Positions 56,195 through 64,000 of a DNA stretch of 64,000 nucleotides are shown piece after piece. The notes beneath the pieces were generated by a model. It made no database searches and was not told where the DNA came from. It saw nothing but the letters and a program-made list of their open reading frames with translations. A program made the translations under genes and the position numbers. Within the stretch, counting starts at the first letter, position 1. Every line of letters starts with the position of its first letter. The stretch is from NCBI GenBank assembly GCA_037445455.1, contig JBBIKM010000007.1, positions 366-64,365 of the forward strand, given 5' to 3'. Source of the stretch: a bacterium. GTDB lineage: Bacteria > Zhuqueibacterota > Zhuqueibacteria > Zhuqueibacterales > Zhuqueibacteraceae.

Positions 56195-58558
56195 CTACTT
56201 GGTCAGCAGCATGCGCTTGGTGAGCACTTGCGCGCCGAAGCGCAGGCGGTAGAAATAGACACCCGAAGCCAGCGCAGAGCCGTCAAAGGGGACTTCATGA
56301 CGGCCGGCAACCAGATGCTCATCAACCAACACCGCGATTTCCTGCCCCAGCGTGTTGTAGATCGCCAGGCGCGCGGCGCCGTTCGCCGGCAGGTTGAAGA
56401 CGATGATGGTAACAGGATTGAACGGGTTGGGATAATTCTGCTCCAGGCTGAATTGCTGCGGGATTTCCGGATTTTCCGCCACCGCGGTGCCGCTGCCGGT
56501 CTTGAAGCGCCAGGCCTCCGACCACAAGCCGACACCGATGGCATTTGTTGCCCGCACGCGCCAAAAGTAGAAACGATTTGCTTCCAGGCCGCTGGCCGCA
56601 AATGAGGTATCGCTCAGACTGCTTTCAGCGACCACCAAAGCGGTCGAATCGAAGGTCAGGCTGCGCGCGACCTGCAGGTCATAGGAACTTGCCGCAGCAG
56701 AACGCCGCCACTGAAACACCGGATTCAGCGCAATCTCGCCGGTGTTGTTTGCCGGAGAAACCAGCAAGGGCGCGGCCGGGAATCCCGTGGTAAAACTGAA
56801 AGCCTGCGAGAAGAAACTCGTGCCCCCGGCATTGCTCGCGCTGACCCGCCAGAAGTACTTGGTCTGTCCCGCCAGCCCGGTGATGGTTTTGAAGGTATCC
56901 ACCACCCCGGTTTCATTCACCAGCAGCGCGGTTGCAAAGCTGGAATCGCTGGCCACCTGCACGTGATAGGAGGTTGCGGTTGCCGGGGCATACCAGCGCA
57001 ACGTGACGTTCGGCGCCAGGTCGAGTGCGCCATTCGCGGGCAAAGCCAGCAGCGGCACAGCCGGCGGCAGCACCTGAATCACATTGCTCATTTCGCTTTC
57101 GTTGAAATTGCGATCGAGCGCCGTCACCACGTAGTAGTGCGGACCATTGTCCGACGGCGTCGGCAACAGCGCGGCGTTCTCACCGACAACTGCCGCGATC
57201 TTGCTCGGATCCTCCAAGTCGGCGGGACTGACATTGGGTGTAGTGAAATGATAGACGGCGTAACGCGAAGCGGTATCGCCGTCGCCGGCCGGCGGCGGCG
57301 CCTCCCAGCGCAGCGCGGCGGGGCCGCCGGCGGCCAGGCGTTCATAGCGCAAATTCTGTGGGGCATTGGGCAGCACGCTGTCCTTCCACGCCATCACCGG
57401 CGGCAAGGCGGGATAGCGAAAGAGATCGGTGCGCAGGCTGTCGGCGAAGCCCTTGGCATTGTCGCGGAAAAACAGCGCGCGGAACATGATGCTGCCCTGC
57501 ACCTCGGGATTGGCGCGATTGGCGCGCACCTGCCGCGGGATTTCGTTGGCCGGCCAGTTGGCGGCGCGATAGATGGCCTGGCCGGGATAGAAATGCCGGC
57601 TGTTGCGTTGCGAGGCCCACCACGGCATGAGCTTGCCGTAATCCTGGCCGCCGCCGAAGGGCCAGTAGAGCTGCGGGGTGATGTAATCGACGATCTGCCG
57701 CTGCAGCCAGGCCACCGCGTCGCAATAGATCGTGCTGTAGGCATCCAGGCCGGTGATGCCGGCAGGCACGCCGTTCTTCCAAATGCCGAACGGGCTCATG
57801 CCGAATTTCACGTGCGGCTTGACCGCTTGAATGCTGTCGTGAATCGTTTGAATGAGCAGATTGACGTTGTCGCGCCGCCAGTCGGCAAGGTTGGTGAAGC
57901 CGCGGCTGTAATTCGCAAAAGTCGCGGCGTCTTGATTGCCGATTTGATTGGGCGGATAAGGATAGAAATAATCGTCGAAGTGGACGCCGTCAACATCGTA
58001 GCGGCTTACCACGTCCATCACCACGTTGGTGATGTGCTGGCGCGCCTGCGGCAGGCCGGGATCGAGAATCTTGATCGTGCTGATCTGAATCACCCAGTCC
58101 GGATGCTGCACGGAAACATGGCGGGGATCATTGGGATAGTTGCCCACTTCCCGCGAGACGCGATAGGGATTGAACCAGGCATGCAGTTCCATGCCGCGCT
58201 GGTGCGCCTCCTGAATCGCGAATTCCAGCGGATCATAGAAGGGCGAAGGCGCCAAACCCTGGCCGCCGGTCAGCCAGAATGACCAGGGCTCAAGCGTCGA
58301 GGGGTACATGGCATCCGCTTCGGAGCGGACTTGAAAAATCACGGCATTCACATGATGGGTCTGCAGCTCATCCAGCAGCCGCACCAGCTCGGCGCGCTGC
58401 GCGGCGGGCGTGAGATAGGGCGAGCTGGGCCAGTCGAGATTGATCACCGTGGCGATCCACGCACCGCGAAACTCACGCTTGGGCGGCAGGGATTGCGCGG
58501 AGGCGGAAAAGGACGCGGTGAGCAAAAGCAGCGAGCAGAGCAGGAGCAATTTCTTCAT
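56195..58558 (-). CDS. GHL10 (DUF187, YddW/DigH-like) glycoside hydrolase with FN3 repeats and T9SS type A-like C-terminal domain
   Basis: REFRGAWIATV-NLDWP, FQVR..DAMYPS, HAWFNPYR, YDVDGVHFDDYFYPY, FGMSPFGIW, DYITPQLYW; FN3 modules; LEQNYPNPFNP..KRMLLTK. Confidence 0.92.
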   Translation of the reverse strand: MKKLLLLCSLLLLTASFSASAQSLPPKREFRGAWIATVINLDWPSSPYLTPAAQRAELVRLLDELQTHHVNAVIFQVRSEADAMYPSTLEPWSFWLTGGQGLAPSPFYDPLEFAIQEAHQRGMELHAWFNPYRVSREVGNYPNDPRHVSVQHPDWVIQISTIKILDPGLPQARQHITNVVMDVVSRYDVDGVHFDDYFYPYPPNQIGNQDAATFANYSRGFTNLADWRRDNVNLLIQTIHDSIQAVKPHVKFGMSPFGIWKNGVPAGITGLDAYSTIYCDAVAWLQRQIVDYITPQLYWPFGGGQDYGKLMPWWASQRNSRHFYPGQAIYRAANWPANEIPRQVRANRANPEVQGSIMFRALFFRDNAKGFADSLRTDLFRYPALPPVMAWKDSVLPNAPQNLRYERLAAGGPAALRWEAPPPAGDGDTASRYAVYHFTTPNVSPADLEDPSKIAAVVGENAALLPTPSDNGPHYYVVTALDRNFNESEMSNVIQVLPPAVPLLALPANGALDLAPNVTLRWYAPATATSYHVQVASDSSFATALLVNETGVVDTFKTITGLAGQTKYFWRVSASNAGGTSFFSQAFSFTTGFPAAPLLVSPANNTGEIALNPVFQWRRSAAASSYDLQVARSLTFDSTALVVAESSLSDTSFAASGLEANRFYFWRVRATNAIGVGLWSEAWRFKTGSGTAVAENPEIPQQFSLEQNYPNPFNPVTIIVFNLPANGAARLAIYNTLGQEIAVLVDEHLVAGRHEVPFDGSALASGVYFYRLRFGAQVLTKRMLLTK

Positions 58559-58566
58559 GACACCTC

Positions 58567-59467
58567 TCAGGATTTTATGTTTGCAAGCCAGTACCGTGCC
58601 GGCTGTCGCAGGAACTCTTCCAGCGCAATGCCCTCCGGGCCGATCAGCAAAGTTTTTGCCGGCGCAAAGGCGTGCCGTGCCACTTTTGCAGGCCTTTGAT
58701 CAACCCGGCGCCTTCCAGCAGATGTTGATAATGCGCCAGCGTCGTCGTGATGCCGGCATCCAGAAACTGTCCCAACTGTTTTTGATAAGAAACGATCTGG
58801 CTGGAATATACGGCAGCCATGACGAATAGCAGCCGCAACAGCGCCGGTTTTTCGATGCGGGTGAGCAGCAAAATGTCCTTGCTCAATGTGGTTTCGATCA
58901 ACGATTCACGCACATATTGCGCCCACCACTGCTCATCCCCGATCAAGGCCGCCATTCCGGTATAGCCGCCGAAGTACAAATACTGATCGAGATTCCAGCC
59001 AAAGGCCGCCTGACATTCGGGCCAGGACCAATGTGAGGCATGCAACTGCTCGAAACGGCCGGCCAGGCTCTCGGTCAATCCTGCTTGCATGAGCAGCGCG
59101 GAGGAGCCCAAAATGACCACGCGAATATCACGCCCCGCCCGGGTGTCCTCATCCCAGCAGCGTTTAACTGTCTCCGACCAGCGCGTGATTTTCTGTGCTT
59201 CATCCAAAACCAGCAGCACGGGAGGGGCCGTTTGCGCTTGAAGGCGTGCAAGTTGCCACTGGTGTTTGATCCCATGTGGCTCCGGGGGGCGGTCAAATCG
59301 GCGGTGGCGTAATGCGAAGCGCCCTGCCAGCTTTGCAACACTTGCTGCGCCACGGTAGTCTTGCCGACTTGCCGGGGGCCAGTTATGACCTGCATGAATC
59401 GTCGCGGCTCGTGTAATCTATCCAGAAGTGTGCCGGCAATAGATCTTTGATAATCAGAAGGATGCAT
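58567..59467 (-). pseudogene. AAA_14/DUF4143-type ATP-binding protein pseudogene (frameshift plus probable internal deletion)
   Basis: Walker A GPRQVGKT. A 1-nt loss in the G6 run at 59284-59289 shifts into the frame with LVLDEAQK (Walker B), GSS, ESLAGRF and GGY. The family-type tail FAPAKTLLIGPEGIALEEFL..* survives in another frame and ends at 58567. Confidence 0.8.
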
Positions 59468-59529
59468 GGTGGCTCGCAAATTTACTCAATGCTTTGAGCA
59501 AAAATAGACAGATCACCGCGCAGAAGCAG

Positions 59530-59579
59530 GCGCCCCACTGCAGCAACGAAAAGGGCGCGGGGGGATTCCCCTCGCGCCC
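59530..59579 (-). repeat. 50-bp direct repeat copy 1 (contains a minus-strand terminator)
   Basis: GCGCCCCACTGCAGCAACGAAAAGGGCGCGGGGGGATTCCCCTCGCGCCC, identical to 60289-60338. Confidence 0.92.
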
Positions 59580-59624
59580 ACGAAAAATTGCCCGCCAGTG
59601 CAAGGCGCTCGCCCTTTCTTTGAG

Positions 59625-59882
59625 TCACATGATCAGGGCCAATTCTTCAATCCGCGATTGCAGGGGACGAAGTTTCTTTATTTTGACGAAAACGACGCGT
59701 TGCCCAGGATCCGCCTGCTGTTGCGCCATTTGCCGGCTCCATTCATTGAAAGCGTCATCATCTTCGATTGCCATCGCTACCAATGCGCCCTGGGGGATGG
59801 ACTCTGCAAAATCGGGGTTTTCGAGGATATAGCGATCAAACTCTGTCACAAGCTGGGCATTTTTTTGCTCAAAGATATTCAT
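59625..59882 (-). CDS. Small DUF5647-like protein (putative antitoxin-like partner)
   Basis: MNIFEQKNAQLVTEFDRYILENPDF..IP-GA-V..FNEW. The ATG overlaps the upstream TGA (ATGA). Confidence 0.6.
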   Translation of the reverse strand: MNIFEQKNAQLVTEFDRYILENPDFAESIPQGALVAMAIEDDDAFNEWSRQMAQQQADPGQRVVFVKIKKLRPLQSRIEELALIM

Positions 59883-60190
59883 GGGAAAAGCCCTCGCATA
59901 AACCGTTCTTTGTATTCTTCCCAATTCTTGTTGATTCCGGCATCTGCATAAGTCAACGTTTCTGCAAAGGTCAGGCTCAACATTTCCTTGCGTTGCTTTC
60001 CCGCGAGATTGAAGCGATCAACATGTGAAAAACCATGAGTGGAATCATAGCGCAGAATCGGTGTCCACTTACCCTGATGTTGAATCTCCAACTGCACCAT
60101 GAAAGCTGTCACTCGTCCTTTGTCCGTTTCGTGCCAATGCCGTTTTCGGGCATGAAGACCCAACAACAGCATGTATTCTTTGGTGCTCAT
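59879..60190 (-). CDS. Small DUF7718-like protein (putative toxin-like)
   Basis: 103 aa; VQLEI..W-PILRYDSTHGFSHVDRF motif (RYD--HG--H). AT-richer than the flanking genes. Confidence 0.6.
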   Translation of the reverse strand: MSTKEYMLLLGLHARKRHWHETDKGRVTAFMVQLEIQHQGKWTPILRYDSTHGFSHVDRFNLAGKQRKEMLSLTFAETLTYADAGINKNWEEYKERFMRGLFP

Positions 60191-60213
60191 TGTTCCCCTG
60201 CAATCCGCTGTCG

Positions 60214-60242
60214 ATGATACACAGTATTCAAAAAGTATTCAA
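60214..60242 (-). promoter_or_regulatory. Sigma-70-like promoter with an overlapping 9-bp direct-repeat operator
   Basis: Minus strand TTGAAT-N17-TATCAT. TTGAATACT occurs twice with an 11-bp period (plus-strand 60223-60231 and 60234-60242). Confidence 0.6.
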
Positions 60243-60288
60243 GGAATTTTTTCTGGGTTGAATAATTCGAAACGTTGTACCAGAGCAA

Positions 60289-60338
60289 GCGCCCCACTGC
60301 AGCAACGAAAAGGGCGCGGGGGGATTCCCCTCGCGCCC
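60289..60338 (-). repeat. 50-bp direct repeat copy 2; terminator of the 60373-62625 gene
   Basis: Minus strand GGGCGCG-A-GGGG-AAT-CCCC-C-CGCGCCC followed by TTTT. Identical to 59530-59579. Confidence 0.92.
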
Positions 60339-60372
60339 TGGGGTAAGGCCTGAATTGCTTTCCATCGCCTCG

Positions 60373-62625
60373 CTATTTCACAAACAGCATGCGCTTGGTG
60401 AGAACTTCGTTCTCGAATTTCAGGCGATAGTAGTAGGTGCCGGTGGCCAGGCCGGTGGCGTCAAACTTCAGGTTGTGGTTGCCGGGCGCCATCATCTGAT
60501 CAACCAGAGTGGCGACCTGGCGGCCCATCATGTCGAACACCACCACTTGCACGCGCCCCTGCTTCTGCAAGCTGAAGGGGATCGTGGTCTGCGGGTTGAA
60601 CGGGTTGGGATAGTTCTGGAACAACTGGAAGGTTTCCACATAGGCCCAGTTGCTCTCCCGGCCTTCCACGCTGGTGCCCACGCGCATGAACTTCTGCACG
60701 ATCGGATAGTCGCTGGCGCCGAAGCAGAGCACATAGGCAATGTTGCGATTCGGGCTGAAGGCAATGCCGCGCGGCCGTTCATTGGCGTTCATGGGCGTGT
60801 TGAACTGCCATTCAATCCAATCGACGATCTCATTGGTCGCCGGATCATAGGCATACCAAACGTTTGGCTTCCAGAAAGTCGTCGCGCCCGGGAAACGATT
60901 GGGCAGATCGTTGTAGGAGCCGGCGCTGAACCAGAGCTGGGTGCCGTTGGGATCCCACACCACGGATTCGCAGTCAAAGCCCTTCAACAGCGTGTCAGTG
61001 ACGGCGAAGGCCGAAAACTCGTCCGGACGGGTGTACTTGTAAACTGCGTGAGTGGTGTAACCGCACCAGTAGATGGTGTTACCATCCTTGGAAACTTCAA
61101 AGCTGCGGGAGAAGCCCACCGAGCTGTCCACCGCATTGCCCAGGAAATTGAAATCCTTGTCAAAAATCTTGATGGCGTTTGGAGGAATCACTGGTGCGGT
61201 GAAGAGATTGCCCTGGGCATCCACTGCCGGCGCGGTGAGCGTGACGCCTGCCGTCGGTATCACTTTGGCCAAGCCGGCACCGGTCTTGTAGTCGATCCGA
61301 TAAACTGCATCGAAATGAACCGCCAAGATGTTGCCGTCATAATCCGTGCGCAGGCCGCGGGCGCTGTTGTACAGCGTGTCGGTCACGCCACCGACGGTGA
61401 TGGTCTTGATCGGTGAGAACGGCGCCGGCGTGCCGTCGGGGGTGAAGACGTTGAGCACGCGCGTAGCGCGCTTGTTGCCAGCCGCGGTGGTGATACTGTC
61501 ACTGGCGCCGAAGAATTGCACCCAGACTTTGCCGTCCGGGTCGACCGCGATGCCGTGGCCGCCCGAGAAGCCCTTGAAATTGTCGTTGGGGAAATTGCTC
61601 TTCGAAGTGGCCGGGAAACTGCTTTGCAGGCGCTCGAACTTCTGCACGATTGGATAATCGCTGGCGCCGAAGCAAGTCACGTACGCGGTGTTGCCATCCG
61701 GGCTGAAGGCGATGCCGCGCGGCCGCTCATTGGCGTTCATGGGCGTGTTGAACTTCCACTCGATCTTGTCCACCACTTTGTTGTTCACCGGATCGTAGGC
61801 GTACCAGGTGTTGGGCTTCCAGTAGGTGGTGGCGCCCGGGAAGCGATTGGGCAGATCGTTGTAGGAGCCGGCACTGAACCAAAGCAGGGTGCCGGTCGGG
61901 TCCCACACCACGGATTCGCAGTCAAAGCCCTTCAACAGCGTGTCAGTGACGGCGAAGGCCGAAAACTCGTCCGGACGGGTGTACTTGTAAACTGCGTGAG
62001 TGGTGTAACCGCACCAGTAGATGGTGTTACCATCCTTGGAAACTTCAAAGCTGCGGGAGAAGCCCACCGAGCTGTCCACCGCATTGCCCAGGAAATTGAA
62101 ATCCTTGTCAAAAATCTTGATGGCGTTTGGAGGAATCACTGGTGCGGTGAAGAGATTGCCCTGGGCATCCACTGCCGGCGCGGTGAGCGTGACGCCTGCC
62201 GTCGGTATCACTTTGGCCAAGCCGGCACCGGTCTTGTAGTCGATCCGATAAACTGCATCGAAATGAACCGCCAAGATGTTGCCGTCATAATCCGTGCGCA
62301 GGCCGCGGGCGCTGTTGTACAGCGTGTCGGTCACGCCACCGACGGTGATGGTCTTGATCGGTGAGAACGGCGCCGGCGTGCCGTCGGGGGTGAAGACGTT
62401 GAGCACGCGCGTAGCGCGCTTGTTGCCAGCCGCGGTGGTGATACTGTCACTGGCGCCGAAGAATTGCACCCAGACTTTGCCGTCCGGGTCGACCGCAATG
62501 CCGTGGCCGCCCGAGAAGCCCTTGAAATTGTCGTTGGGAAAATTGCCGGCGAATTTCCATTGCGCCTGGCTGCTGGTTGCCGCCAGCGCGAGAACGACGA
62601 CCAAGGCTGATAGCCATTTAGACAT
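60373..62625 (-). CDS. Secreted tandem beta-propeller-like protein (two 316-aa repeats) with T9SS type A-like C-terminal domain
   Basis: Signal peptide; the unit GHGIAVDPDGKVW..RPRGIAFSP occurs twice; FQNYPNPFNPQT..KRMLFVK. Confidence 0.85.
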   Translation of the reverse strand: MSKWLSALVVVLALAATSSQAQWKFAGNFPNDNFKGFSGGHGIAVDPDGKVWVQFFGASDSITTAAGNKRATRVLNVFTPDGTPAPFSPIKTITVGGVTDTLYNSARGLRTDYDGNILAVHFDAVYRIDYKTGAGLAKVIPTAGVTLTAPAVDAQGNLFTAPVIPPNAIKIFDKDFNFLGNAVDSSVGFSRSFEVSKDGNTIYWCGYTTHAVYKYTRPDEFSAFAVTDTLLKGFDCESVVWDPTGTLLWFSAGSYNDLPNRFPGATTYWKPNTWYAYDPVNNKVVDKIEWKFNTPMNANERPRGIAFSPDGNTAYVTCFGASDYPIVQKFERLQSSFPATSKSNFPNDNFKGFSGGHGIAVDPDGKVWVQFFGASDSITTAAGNKRATRVLNVFTPDGTPAPFSPIKTITVGGVTDTLYNSARGLRTDYDGNILAVHFDAVYRIDYKTGAGLAKVIPTAGVTLTAPAVDAQGNLFTAPVIPPNAIKIFDKDFNFLGNAVDSSVGFSRSFEVSKDGNTIYWCGYTTHAVYKYTRPDEFSAFAVTDTLLKGFDCESVVWDPNGTQLWFSAGSYNDLPNRFPGATTFWKPNVWYAYDPATNEIVDWIEWQFNTPMNANERPRGIAFSPNRNIAYVLCFGASDYPIVQKFMRVGTSVEGRESNWAYVETFQLFQNYPNPFNPQTTIPFSLQKQGRVQVVVFDMMGRQVATLVDQMMAPGNHNLKFDATGLATGTYYYRLKFENEVLTKRMLFVK

Positions 62626-62772
62626 AACTTTCTCCCTTCACGAAGATGAATTGGATGGATACTGCTGAAGAATTATGAGACGCAGCAAACGTTTTTTTTG
62701 CTCGGCCTCCTTTCACGATTGCGTGGATCAAATGAGTCCGAAGAGGTCGTGCTCCCTTGCGGGGCGCTCTTT

Positions 62773-62988
62773 GTAGTCCCGATCCCTGGTGGATCGCTGT
62801 TGAAGCCAATGAACTCACGGGTTGGAGCAATGCCCCACCAGGGGGCAAGGCTACGAAATCTTCATTCTGTGCAATCCCGATCCTTCGTGGGTCGTTCTTA
62901 GTGGTCCCGATCCCTGGTGGATCGCTGTTGAAGCCAATGAACTCACGGGTTGGAGCAAAGCCCCACCCGGGGGCAGGGCTGCGAAGTC
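62773..62988. repeat. Two about 88-bp REPIN-like doublets of the GTAG REP family
   Basis: 62773-62860 and 62901-62988 are near-identical. Each has a forward GT(A/G)G-TCCCGATCC-CTGGT-GGATCG REP and an inverted G(T/C)AG-CC-TGCCCC-..-GGGGC REP. A degenerate fifth REP lies at 62871-62898. Confidence 0.85.
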
Positions 62989-63002
62989 ACGGTAACAGAG
63001 CG

Positions 63003-64000
63003 CTAGTTGTCGCCGCGGCCGTAATAGGGGGCGCTGGCTTTCACGAGGTTGATCTTGAGCAGGGCTTGCGTGCTGCCGCCGCTGGCCTCCCGGATCGCGT
63101 ACAGGAATGTGCTGTTATCCCAGCCAAAGCTCAAGGTCTTGGGTTGAAACAAGCCGGGATAGAGCGCTTCCGCGGTTTTGTTGGGATGCACCACCACTAC
63201 GCCCTCCGGCGCATCCGTGCCGATATACATGTCGCCGTCAGCGGCAAAGGTAATCGCGAAGACACTGGCGCCACCCGCACCGAAGGGCGAAGCCGAGAAA
63301 TTGAAATACTCCTCCTCCGGGCCCAACTGGTCGGCCGAGACAATCGGGAAGCGCCAGACTTTCTCGGCGCCGTCACGGTTGCCGGCCAGGTAGAGATGAT
63401 CGCTGAACACGCGCACCGAGCGCACATTTGCCACAAACGGAAAGTTGCGCACGCTCTTGTCCTGCTTGACGCGATAAATCTCCGGGTTGTTGCCGCCCAG
63501 CCACAGGTTGCCCTCGCGGTCGAAATCCATGTCATAAAGCCGTGTGGTCGTGGTGGGCAGCACCACCCAGTTGGTGGGGCTGCCGCCCGCCGCCGGAATT
63601 TGAATGATGCGGCGCTCCAGCGTCAGGCCGTAGAGAAAGCCGCCCGGCCCAACCTTGAGGGAAGTGTAGCGCGTCGGCGTGCCGGTGGGCTTGGGAGAAA
63701 AGCTGCTGCGCGTGCCGTCCGGCGTAAACTTCGCAACGCCGGACTGGCTGGCGACATTGTTGTTCACGAACGAAACATAGGCATTGCCCTGCGCATCGAA
63801 TGTGACGGCCCAGGGCGATTCTGCTTTGTCAAGCAGCTTGAACTCGCTGACCGCCTCCAGCAGCCGGTAGGAGATGATGTTGCTGAACTTGTCGGCATGC
63901 AAAACCGCGATTTTCAAGTTGATGTTGTCTTTCGGCAGGTTGGGCGCCCTCACCTTCAGCAAGGTGGCGGAAGCCTCCAGCACCGTGCCGAGTGCAGCAT
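63003..64000 (-). CDS. Beta-propeller (NHL/SMP-30-like) protein, probably preceded by an IPT/TIG-like segment; 5' end outside the window
   Basis: Frame is open to the window edge (..AALGTVLEASATLLKVRAP). Repeated FDAQGNAYV, DFDREGNLW and FAADGDMY blades. Confidence 0.7.
   Translation of the reverse strand, partial: AALGTVLEASATLLKVRAPNLPKDNINLKIAVLHADKFSNIISYRLLEAVSEFKLLDKAESPWAVTFDAQGNAYVSFVNNNVASQSGVAKFTPDGTRSSFSPKPTGTPTRYTSLKVGPGGFLYGLTLERRIIQIPAAGGSPTNWVVLPTTTTRLYDMDFDREGNLWLGGNNPEIYRVKQDKSVRNFPFVANVRSVRVFSDHLYLAGNRDGAEKVWRFPIVSADQLGPEEEYFNFSASPFGAGGASVFAITFAADGDMYIGTDAPEGVVVVHPNKTAEALYPGLFQPKTLSFGWDNSTFLYAIREASGGSTQALLKINLVKASAPYYGRGDN

Overview
High-GC bacterial genomic window, most likely from an FCB-superphylum lineage such as candidate phylum KSB1 or a Calditrichota-like group. 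This is an inference from the gene content (QNxPNPFNP-type C-terminal sorting domains, PorV-like barrels, a GWxTD protein); no marker gene is present. 1-17.7 kb is mostly housekeeping: proline dehydrogenase, a sodium:solute symporter, a nicotinamidase-like gene and pncB with an M6-like protease between them, archease, DinB, a thioredoxin-NHL protein, a SWIM-SNF2 helicase, an RRM protein and pdxB. It also holds a decayed toxin-antitoxin-like patch at 7.3-9.0 kb. 18.5-41.1 kb is the main candidate for an undescribed system. A FadL-like barrel gene is followed by two homologous outer-membrane cassettes of identical order (TonB-dependent receptor, large secreted X protein with an unusual VVPNPY-type C-terminal domain, cognate PorV-like barrel, lipoprotein(s)), with a GWxTD gene between them. 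In cassette B the receptor and the X protein both carry matching Asp-rich, probably Ca-binding insertions, and a sigma-54-type promoter lies upstream. 41.8-64 kb is a secretome island: two Asp-box paralogs, a secreted pentein (deiminase-like) enzyme, a 2765-aa SGNH-esterase/Ig-stalk protein with sugar-binding modules inserted inside Ig repeats, a GHL10 hydrolase, and a propeller protein with a 596-bp perfect internal duplication. Also present are a GTAG-type REP family showing stem covariation, a heptamer-repeat hairpin, and a two-gene module flanked by a perfect 50-bp duplicated terminator. No rRNA, tRNA, CRISPR array, transposase or integrase was recognised. All domain names come from motif recognition by eye, not from database searches.
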